DNA from: an uncultured virus (IMG/VR IMGVR_UViG_3300028107_000045)
Taxonomy: Duplodnaviria > Heunggongvirae > Uroviricota > Caudoviricetes
Length of the DNA stretch: 64,000 nucleotides
Direction: 5' to 3' (one strand)
Virus record (IMG/VR): IMGVR_UViG_3300028107_000045
The notes beneath the pieces were generated by a model. The model had not been told where the DNA came from, did no database searches, and saw only the letters and a program-made list of their open reading frames with translations. Shown piece by piece: positions 55,901-64,000 of the stretch. The position numbers were made by a program, and so were the translations under genes. Every line of letters begins with the position of its first letter. Within the stretch, counting starts at the first letter, position 1.

Positions 55901-58063
55901 TCAACGCTGCATAGGGCGGGCAAAGAGTGTTGCGAAGCTACCGGCGATAGAGTCGGAGATCTTGCTAGCGATGTTGTCTGCACGGATGCTAGTTTCCACA
56001 TCCAATGCCATGCCAGTAAGACCACGGTTCATACGCGAGTATTTAAGGAAGGTGTCCAGGAACGTAACACCAGTAATACGACCAAGGAAGTTGTTATACC
56101 CGGTGTCGTCGTTGAACAGCTTGTTGGCAATACCGTTGAGGTTAGGTACTTCCAGCAGGCTAATCGAACGATCGATTGGAACCGAGATAATGTTGTCCAG
56201 GTCTACGATGCTGAAATCGATACGTAAGTTCAGTGGCTTACGATCACGAGTCCAACCACGTTCACCAGCACCCCAGGTAAAGGTAGCGTTCTCTACCATG
56301 CCGGTACGAATGATCGAACGACCTTGGCAGAAAGCTTTACACATGAACGGCGAGGTATACGAACCACCACCAGTAGTGAACGGAGCCACCAACGGCAGGA
56401 ACAGAGCAAACGGTACCCAAATTTTCATGATCTGTTCATACGGATGAGCGTAGTTACAGTTGAAGAAAATCGAGTACGACTCTTTGTGCAGGTTGGTGGT
56501 GGAACCGTCCCAGTGGTCGGCAATCTTGATATACGAGTTGTTGGTCAGTGCTAAAGGGATGTTACCAATCACACTACCGGACAGTGCACCGATAGCAGAC
56601 TCCTTAATCATGCTGACCACACCGTCGATGATATCAACGCCTGTGGCACCACCAGCAATGTCAAAGCGGAAGTCGTTCGCCGCTTTTACGACGGAGTTGA
56701 ACTTGCTTGCCAGTGGAGACTGAGCCTTAGAGTTGGAGAATGAATCGGTTGTAGGCCCAGCGCTACCATCGACTCGCCAAGTGATCCCGTCCATGCCGCC
56801 ATAGGCAGCAGTACGAGCCAAATCAAATATGTCGCCTGCCCATGATCTATCATCAGGGTTGTCTTCATAAAACACCTGTGGTTGGCCAGTAGCGCCTACG
56901 TTGGGTTGCGTAGCAGGTTTAGGACGCCCTGCTGGTTCGTTAGGGTTACCAGTGCCGAAACTACCACTAGTACTCGATGTAGCGAGTTCGCCCATGATGG
57001 TGTCTAACGACCGACCATCTTTGCTAGCCACACTACCGACACCAGTTACACCGTATTCGGGGTTATTGGTAGACTCATAGGCTTTCTGTTTGTACCATGC
57101 GGAGTCTTGCTCTACATAGTTCTCCTCACCTTCACGGTAACGACCTACCGTGCTCATTTCCTGTTGCACGTAATCCTGGCTGGGTGAACCGTCCCAGGTA
57201 GCCGCATCAAATTCAACTTCTTCCAGGACTTGTCGACTACGGGCAACCTTCTGATCCACAGTAAGGATGGTCTCGTTATCCAACTTGGCCAGCTCACGGA
57301 GCATGACACGGTGTTTACGAGTACCTTTCATTACCAGACGCATCAAGTCCACTGTCCCGTCATCGTTGACGGAGTCAGGAATCAGCAGCCGCAGGTCAGC
57401 AATAGCCTTGGTATTGTCGTAGTCAGGTTTCAGACCGTACAGCGGGTCATTCTGTTCCTGAACACGTTTAGGTAGCAGTGGGTCGATATAACCCAAGCGG
57501 TACATCAGGTCGTTAAGTACCCCTGTGGACGCCATGGTAAATGCACCAACCGCTGGCTTACAAGACCAGAAGCTGTTTACCGGGTTATCCATAAAGAAGT
57601 TGAGGAACTGTACCCCAGCAGAAATCAACTGCATGGGAATAAACACGATGGACGTAACTGCTTGGGCCATGTAAAACGCCAAACCTGGTGCACGACCTTT
57701 GTTAGCAATGATCGCAGCACTAGGGCGGAACATGTTCGCAATGAACTGGAGCAAACCAGCAAACTGAGGTACGCTAGGCACAATAGTTAAAAGGGTTACG
57801 TTGTCCTCAATGGACTCTTTATACACAGAACCCATACCGCCTTCACGGGTTTGCATGAAGCGGCCGTAGCGTGGGTCAGTATAGGGGCTAGATTGTGCTA
57901 CAGGGTTAACGTATCGATTGTCACCCGTAGCACTGCTGAATACGTTAAAGTACTTGTCCCAATCCATCCGGTCCAATACTTCGGTTGGTTGTACGCCGCG
58001 TGTTAAGAGACGAAAGGACTTACTAATGATGTCCCTGTCTCTGGTAGTAGTCGTCGTGGCCAT
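55901..58063 (-). CDS. virion structural/tail protein (phiKZ gp182-like)
   Basis: GMGSVYKESIEDN..GRAPG..SFSNS..YTSPF.C motifs; directly downstream of the gp181-like gene. Confidence 0.75.
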   Translation of the reverse strand: MATTTTTRDRDIISKSFRLLTRGVQPTEVLDRMDWDKYFNVFSSATGDNRYVNPVAQSSPYTDPRYGRFMQTREGGMGSVYKESIEDNVTLLTIVPSVPQFAGLLQFIANMFRPSAAIIANKGRAPGLAFYMAQAVTSIVFIPMQLISAGVQFLNFFMDNPVNSFWSCKPAVGAFTMASTGVLNDLMYRLGYIDPLLPKRVQEQNDPLYGLKPDYDNTKAIADLRLLIPDSVNDDGTVDLMRLVMKGTRKHRVMLRELAKLDNETILTVDQKVARSRQVLEEVEFDAATWDGSPSQDYVQQEMSTVGRYREGEENYVEQDSAWYKQKAYESTNNPEYGVTGVGSVASKDGRSLDTIMGELATSSTSGSFGTGNPNEPAGRPKPATQPNVGATGQPQVFYEDNPDDRSWAGDIFDLARTAAYGGMDGITWRVDGSAGPTTDSFSNSKAQSPLASKFNSVVKAANDFRFDIAGGATGVDIIDGVVSMIKESAIGALSGSVIGNIPLALTNNSYIKIADHWDGSTTNLHKESYSIFFNCNYAHPYEQIMKIWVPFALFLPLVAPFTTGGGSYTSPFMCKAFCQGRSIIRTGMVENATFTWGAGERGWTRDRKPLNLRIDFSIVDLDNIISVPIDRSISLLEVPNLNGIANKLFNDDTGYNNFLGRITGVTFLDTFLKYSRMNRGLTGMALDVETSIRADNIASKISDSIAGSFATLFARPMQR

Positions 58064-58129
58064 CAGTAAATACCTGTAAAAATAGGATGAGGACAGAGGC
58101 CGAAGCCCCTGCCCCCTCTCCTAAAATGG

Positions 58130-61100
58130 TCAAACCTTAACGCGTTGAGATGGATCTTTAGCTCCTTTGTTACCTTCAGCGATCAGTTTAGCGATCTGTG
58201 CCAACAGTTGGGACTGGGATCCGCCCTGTTGGTTAACCGCTGCAACCAATGCTCCTAACAACTGTTCTACGTTACCGTTGTCTACAGGGGCTGGTGCAGG
58301 AGCAGCCTGAGGCTGTCTTGTAGCAGGCGGTGCAGGCGGTTGGTAAGAACCGTTATTAGGCTGCTGGTAAGGAGCGCCAGGAGACGTCCCGAATGGACTA
58401 CCGCCACCTTGCGGTACAGTGTTACCACCGGATTGTGGAGGCTTAGGACCAGGGATGTTTGGTTTACCCGGTACCGCAGGGCCACTAGGGCTAGCAGCTG
58501 GGTCTTCCATACCACGAGGTGCCTGAGCCTCTACTCCTTGTTGCGGAGGCGAAGCAACTTCTTGTTCAACCGGCTGTACAGGTCCACCACCAGCGGTAGT
58601 GTCTTGTCCGTTAGTAGCGTTACCGCCACTTGCCTTCATGAACTTGTCCGCAGCAGCTACGGATTGGAAGCCAGCATGGACGTGGTTACCAGTTGCCCCA
58701 CGCGACATTCGCTTGTACTCGTTGAGTACCAGGAACTCGTTAGGAGTCAAACCAGCTTGTTGCAGTAAGCCTTTAACAACAGCCACCGCAGCATCACTAC
58801 CAGCTGCACCGTTAGTCAGGGTGAAGTCAATCGCCAGACCTTGGGTGTGCTTGGAGTTTGGCTTATTGTGCTTGTGCCATGCGTCGTTCAACGCAGTGAT
58901 TCTGTTGAAGTTTTGGACGTTGGTCATAATCAACTGACCCAACCGTTTGATAGCAGGATGATGCCCACCACCAGCAGTTGTTTCGGCGGATTTAACTTTA
59001 AGCCCATCTACGTCAACAGAAGGACCAGCACCGTAAGTCGAAGCAGTGTAACCCCCACCAAGTGCGCCAGAGCCAGTCTGCACACCAGGACCCATCGGTA
59101 CGTTAGGACCAGACTGAGACCAAGTACCAGGTTGCCCTGTGTTTGGATCAGTACCTGGCGTACCGTATGCAGCTCCTCCGCTTGGATCCAACTGACCACC
59201 GCTACCGCTAGCACCCAGTGGAGGAGTACCACCAGCACCACCAATCATTGCTCCACTGTCAGGAGGAGCAGTTGGTGCAGGTGCACTACCCACCACATCG
59301 GCAGATGCACTAGCTGCGGCTTCTTCGTCAGCTTTTAACTCGCCTTTACTCAACTGATCCAAGTAGCTCAGGTAGAGTTTGTGACGCTCAGGCATACCGG
59401 GCAATGCATTACCGCCATTGAGCCCCCGTGCAGCACGCCCGAAGTTACCGTCTTGGGTGATCGACTGCAAGAGCTTGGAGTTCTTGTAGAAGTCTACCGC
59501 AACGGCCGCCATGACGTTAGGGTCTTCAGACAGCAACTCTGGTTTCCCAACCAAGTCGATACCTAAAGCCTGTCCGGTCTTAGCGTAATTACTCTTACCT
59601 GTCAGTTGTACGAAGCCACGGCCACGGTATTTGTAGCCATCCCCTTGTTCAGTGTTACCAAGGGACTTGCCTTTACCACCGCCGTAAACCACGTTACCGA
59701 TTGCTACCTCACCCATCTGTACCAGTTGCTGTGCTTGGGCCAGGGAAGTAACTTCCTTGAACGTCCGCATCAGTCTGGATGGGTCGGAGTACTTAAGGTT
59801 CTCTACGGTCTTGTTATAGCCACCAGTCTCGTAGTTGGTAAGTGCCAGCATCTCTGCAATAGCTCGCGGGTCAGTGAAGCCCTGCTTAAGCATCTCGCGG
59901 ATTACTAACTGCTCTGCCAGCTTACGCGGTACCTTAACCCCAGAGTCCTTAGCACTGGTATCCTTCTGTACACCGGACATGTCCAGGTGGCTAGTGTCGG
60001 ATTCACCAGTTAGGGCTTTATACCCATACTTGTTTTCAGGGGTGCCGTAGTTACCATTGATGCTGTAGATGTTACCAGTACCAGCACCGCTAGACACGTT
60101 GGTGCCAAACTGGCCACCCATAACGACGTCACGCTTGTTCTTGTACTGATCAGGCTGCTGGACGTTGGCAGCATGTGGAGTAAACCCACCACCTACTTTG
60201 TGTGGACTGATTGCATTAGCCCAAGTCTGAGTATTGGTTTTACCAGCCTCTTTCTCGGGGTCCAGTACCTTAGCCTGTGTGCTAGCATCAGCCAACAGTT
60301 TAAGCATGCGGTCTACTTTGTCCGGACGGTCGTCGGAACGGCTATCCAAGAACGGCGAGGACCTTACACGCCAGATCGGTACTACCAATGCACTCGTGAT
60401 GTGCACCTGAGTGTCAACCAATGCCTTAGCGATTTCGTAACGTGCAGTAACCGACAGCGATTTCCAAACCACCCCAGGGTTGCCCTTGCGATAGTTGTTA
60501 ACCAGTTGCACGTAATTGCGCATTACCGGAGCAAAGCGGTCACGGAACCACTTAGCCCAGTTCTCACCTTCGTCGCGTTTCAGGCGGAACGACGTACGGA
60601 AGATATCAAACAGTTCCCCAATGTCCCCACGGAATACAACTTCTTTCCCGTCGGATACGAAGAGGGATTCACAGTAACGCTCTAACCGCAGTACAGCCTC
60701 AATACGCCAGTGGATGTCTTGATCATTACCATAGCACGCCAGACGAATTGCAGTAAGCAAATCCATTGCTTTAGCGTCTGGGAGCAGGTCTTTGATGTAC
60801 ACTGCCTGAACTTGTTTGCCCAGCTTGAAGCTACTGTTCAGATCAGACAGTTGCTTGTCGATATCCGCAATACGAGCTTTCGCCTTACTACGGATAGGAC
60901 CAGCGACACTACCACCGTCCTCGTTCAGTTGCTCCTCCAAATGTTTCTTCTCTGCTTCCAGAGCTTTCACACCGGCAGGCAACGCAACAGGCTGCAAGTC
61001 TTCCTTACTCGTCTTACGATCCAGGTACGTCTTGAGGGTCGTAAGGTAATTGGTAACTCGGATGGTAGTCTGTTTCTCACCGAGGATAGGAACAGACTTA

Positions 61101-64000
61101 TCGATTTTGGCAACTACAGTGTAAGGGAACGGCATCACACCACCGAGGGCTGTGTGTGCTTGTTTCGCTACCATGTAGACTTCTTGCTTAGTCGACTCGT
61201 CATACTCCTGGAGACCTTTGAACTTGGCAGCATCCAAGCAAGCCATGTAGGTCAAGAACACAGGTTTGAAACGACCATTGAACCAAGTGAACACTTCCGC
61301 CAGTTTAGCCTTGCCGCCTTTATCAGCTGCGTCAGGCACAAACATACGGAATACTTCTTCGATAGGTGCTTCCTTAGACAGCGATGCTCTACCGTTACCA
61401 ATTACAACGTATTTCTCCAACATCTGTTCTGCTTTAACAATAGTCTCGGCGAGATCAGACTCTACATCAGAAACACCATACTGGGTCAGGCGCAGTTTAA
61501 GCTGGGTACCCTTGCCCTTCTGGAAGAGCTTGTAAGCACCATAGCCAACCAAACCAATTGCAGCCGCACCAAGTACTACAGGACTGGTAATAATTGCACC
61601 AGCGGCCGTTAAGGCACCACCAGCAGCAACCATAAAGCCAGTACCGGCAGCGGTAGCAGCAGTACCCAACATAGTCGGCAGACTAAGGCCAGCCAAACCT
61701 GCCAGACCAGATGCCAATTGATAACCAGCGTAAACCTGTGCACCGGTTTCCAGTACATTGGCTACGTTAGCTACCAGACCGTCTTCTTCCACGATACCGT
61801 TGTCAATCATGCTGTCTACGGCCATGCCACCCGCAAGGGCTACACCACCAACCAGACCTGCTTTCTTGAGTTTGGTACTAGGTTTACTACGGTGCTCTTT
61901 GCGCATCTCCTTACGTTTCTTACGGACTTCAGGATGTTCACCCTTGTTGTCCATAATGGTGTCAAGCACACTGGTGCCCGCATCAGTCAAAGACTTAGTC
62001 TTGAGCAACGTGAACAACCCTTTAGCAATAGCCGTAACGCCAGTGGCCATCACAGGGAGTAACTTGATACCGAGTGTAGCGAACGTCCCCATCATCCTGA
62101 TTGGAGAGAACAACGTCTTGGTGATAAAGGTGGAGATCCCACCCAAGACACTTAACGCGCCACCAAACATGGTACCTAACAAACCAAACAAACCAGCACG
62201 TTTGGTGTCAGGTTTCTTCTCACCAAAACCGAAGGACTCACCGATGCGGATGATCGCATCCTGAACCATACCGGCCTTTTTCTTTTCCTTTTGCTCTTCT
62301 TGGTCTTTAAGGGAGTTGAGTCGTTCTTTAGGTTCGCCAGGTTTAGGTTCTGGAGCAGGATCACCTGCCGCTGCGCGATCACCATAAGCTGCTGCAATTT
62401 TCTCTTTGATAGCTTCAGCAAAGTTATGCTTACGCATCTCGGGTGGGTTTGCAGCACGCTCTTCCCGCTTAGCAACCTCTTCCTTGGATGGACCAGGGGT
62501 ATCAGGGTCAATACCTTTGTTGAAATCTGGCTCCGAGTCTTCCTTGGTTTTCGGTGCCTTTTTCTTTTTACCTTTCTTACCGGTAGCTGGTGCTGGTTGG
62601 GTCTCAGTATCACCCTCTGCCTCGAGAGGCTTCTCAACACCATCTGTGCCAGTCAGTGCGTTAACCATTGCAGCCGGGGCGTAACCCCAGTGTTGCAACA
62701 GCAAGTCGTAGATGCGGTCAATCGAGTTGATAATCGGAGTGTAGTCTGCTTTAAATACTTCTTTCGACTTATCTACAGCAGCCCCACCGTATTGCAACGC
62801 ACGGTCTTTAGCTCCTTTAAGGATCTCCAGACCCCAACTACCAAACTTCTTCGACAGCTTACCAAGCTTGTTAACCGACACACCCATCGACGTAACCAAA
62901 CCGCGGTCGTAGTCTTCCTGGGAGATCAGCATATTACCTTCACGGTCGTATACTGGCCCGTCGATCTCATTCCAGCCGGTGAGCATTACTGCTTTGCCGT
63001 CTGGACCAACCTTGTAATACGCACCACCATCAAACGACTTGCCCAACAGGGTAGGTGCTTTGGCTCCTTCCTTATATACGTCCATCTGGAAGAAGCGTTT
63101 GGCTACTGCGTTCTTGGCAGCTACCGCACGACCCCATGGATCTACCCAACGGAACGCTTTGCTAATCCATTCACGCACCTTGTTCAACCCGCTAAGGAAT
63201 ACTTCCTTGTTCTCAGCAGTAAACAGTTTACCGGCTAACTTACGAGCACCAATGATGGTCCCGTCTTTAATGTCCTTGATGCTCCCCGTGATATCCTTCC
63301 ACGACTGGATGATCACTTTCTTGGACAGGTCATAGTAGTCGCCGTCACGCAACTTCTTCGCACTGAGTAACGGCTCGTCAGAACCTTCCTCATAGAGGTC
63401 TTCATTGTCCTCTGGTGTTTTGGCTTTAGCCATCCCACGGATTTTGCCGTAAGCGGTAGCGGCTACAGCACCACCTGCAATCAACGCAGCAGCTTTAGGG
63501 TTATGCAAAGCATACCCAGCGAGACCACCCAACAAACCACCCAGGATCAGTGGCTCGTTCTTGAGTACCGTGTCAACTGCCTTGTTGTAGAAGTCTTGGA
63601 ACGAGAACTCTTTGATGCGATCCATGATACGTTGCGTACCAGACCGCATGTCATCCTCTTCCTGCTTGTCTTTGGCTTTCTTACGTACCGGTTGATTCTC
63701 ATAAATCTTGGTGAGAGTCTCGTTACGGGTCTGAGCCAATTGCAGCAGGTCACCAGTGTTCTTAACCAACAAATCCATTTTGGTGTTAAGTGGCTGGAAG
63801 TCAATCCCGCTAACTGCTTTCATGGCATCACCGAACCCACCCATGGTCTGAGCAAAGTTCTTGAGGCCATCCAGCGTTTTAACCAGTTCGTCGAACCCTT
63901 CTACCTTGACTGGAACAGTCGTAGCAGTAGGAGCAACACCAGCAGCCGCACCGAAGGTAAACTTAGGTACAGTGGCTTGCGCCAGCGGGTTGATAGGGTT
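58130..64000 (-). CDS. large tail-associated peptidoglycan hydrolase (phiKZ gp181-like); N-terminus lies beyond the window
   Basis: Frame stays open from 63844 to 64000; hydrophobic Gly/Ala tape-measure-like segment; GH19-like ETGG..YRGRGFVQLTGKSNY; M15-like SKHTQGLAIDF..NHVH. Confidence 0.9.
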   Translation of the reverse strand, partial: NPINPLAQATVPKFTFGAAAGVAPTATTVPVKVEGFDELVKTLDGLKNFAQTMGGFGDAMKAVSGIDFQPLNTKMDLLVKNTGDLLQLAQTRNETLTKIYENQPVRKKAKDKQEEDDMRSGTQRIMDRIKEFSFQDFYNKAVDTVLKNEPLILGGLLGGLAGYALHNPKAAALIAGGAVAATAYGKIRGMAKAKTPEDNEDLYEEGSDEPLLSAKKLRDGDYYDLSKKVIIQSWKDITGSIKDIKDGTIIGARKLAGKLFTAENKEVFLSGLNKVREWISKAFRWVDPWGRAVAAKNAVAKRFFQMDVYKEGAKAPTLLGKSFDGGAYYKVGPDGKAVMLTGWNEIDGPVYDREGNMLISQEDYDRGLVTSMGVSVNKLGKLSKKFGSWGLEILKGAKDRALQYGGAAVDKSKEVFKADYTPIINSIDRIYDLLLQHWGYAPAAMVNALTGTDGVEKPLEAEGDTETQPAPATGKKGKKKKAPKTKEDSEPDFNKGIDPDTPGPSKEEVAKREERAANPPEMRKHNFAEAIKEKIAAAYGDRAAAGDPAPEPKPGEPKERLNSLKDQEEQKEKKKAGMVQDAIIRIGESFGFGEKKPDTKRAGLFGLLGTMFGGALSVLGGISTFITKTLFSPIRMMGTFATLGIKLLPVMATGVTAIAKGLFTLLKTKSLTDAGTSVLDTIMDNKGEHPEVRKKRKEMRKEHRSKPSTKLKKAGLVGGVALAGGMAVDSMIDNGIVEEDGLVANVANVLETGAQVYAGYQLASGLAGLAGLSLPTMLGTAATAAGTGFMVAAGGALTAAGAIITSPVVLGAAAIGLVGYGAYKLFQKGKGTQLKLRLTQYGVSDVESDLAETIVKAEQMLEKYVVIGNGRASLSKEAPIEEVFRMFVPDAADKGGKAKLAEVFTWFNGRFKPVFLTYMACLDAAKFKGLQEYDESTKQEVYMVAKQAHTALGGVMPFPYTVVAKIDKSVPILGEKQTTIRVTNYLTTLKTYLDRKTSKEDLQPVALPAGVKALEAEKKHLEEQLNEDGGSVAGPIRSKAKARIADIDKQLSDLNSSFKLGKQVQAVYIKDLLPDAKAMDLLTAIRLACYGNDQDIHWRIEAVLRLERYCESLFVSDGKEVVFRGDIGELFDIFRTSFRLKRDEGENWAKWFRDRFAPVMRNYVQLVNNYRKGNPGVVWKSLSVTARYEIAKALVDTQVHITSALVVPIWRVRSSPFLDSRSDDRPDKVDRMLKLLADASTQAKVLDPEKEAGKTNTQTWANAISPHKVGGGFTPHAANVQQPDQYKNKRDVVMGGQFGTNVSSGAGTGNIYSINGNYGTPENKYGYKALTGESDTSHLDMSGVQKDTSAKDSGVKVPRKLAEQLVIREMLKQGFTDPRAIAEMLALTNYETGGYNKTVENLKYSDPSRLMRTFKEVTSLAQAQQLVQMGEVAIGNVVYGGGKGKSLGNTEQGDGYKYRGRGFVQLTGKSNYAKTGQALGIDLVGKPELLSEDPNVMAAVAVDFYKNSKLLQSITQDGNFGRAARGLNGGNALPGMPERHKLYLSYLDQLSKGELKADEEAAASASADVVGSAPAPTAPPDSGAMIGGAGGTPPLGASGSGGQLDPSGGAAYGTPGTDPNTGQPGTWSQSGPNVPMGPGVQTGSGALGGGYTASTYGAGPSVDVDGLKVKSAETTAGGGHHPAIKRLGQLIMTNVQNFNRITALNDAWHKHNKPNSKHTQGLAIDFTLTNGAAGSDAAVAVVKGLLQQAGLTPNEFLVLNEYKRMSRGATGNHVHAGFQSVAAADKFMKASGGNATNGQDTTAGGGPVQPVEQEVASPPQQGVEAQAPRGMEDPAASPSGPAVPGKPNIPGPKPPQSGGNTVPQGGGSPFGTSPGAPYQQPNNGSYQPPAPPATRQPQAAPAPAPVDNGNVEQLLGALVAAVNQQGGSQSQLLAQIAKLIAEGNKGAKDPSQRVKV

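Overview
Segment of a phiKZ-related jumbo myophage genome, most like the EL/OBP group. The basis is a 558-aa phage GroEL, the C-terminal part of a split virion RNA polymerase beta subunit, a phiKZ-type RecA/UvsX, gp131-like tail fibre paralogs and a gp181-like tail lysin; all were recognised from motifs and recalled synteny, with no database search. Layout: 1-24.2 kb is a + strand accessory/early region of small genes (four tandem GNAT acetyltransferases, GroEL, a zincin, many hypotheticals). 24.3-36.4 kb is a - strand tail fibre module. 36.5-39.8 kb is a cluster of small early genes, followed by a free-standing class-3-type intein gene. 42.8-64 kb is a conserved core block of virion, recombination and RNAP genes. 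TAYATYAC early promoters and a family of CCTAC/GTAGG-armed hairpins punctuate the window. Most notable observations: (1) seven small neighbouring proteins that share only an N-terminal M-x-x-V-[VIL]-x-[FILM] peptide resembling ClpX-binding motifs; (2) the four-GNAT array; (3) the extein-less intein; (4) an isolated EF-Tu-like NVGTVGHVD peptide in an orphan protein. No tRNA, rRNA or CRISPR array was recognised.
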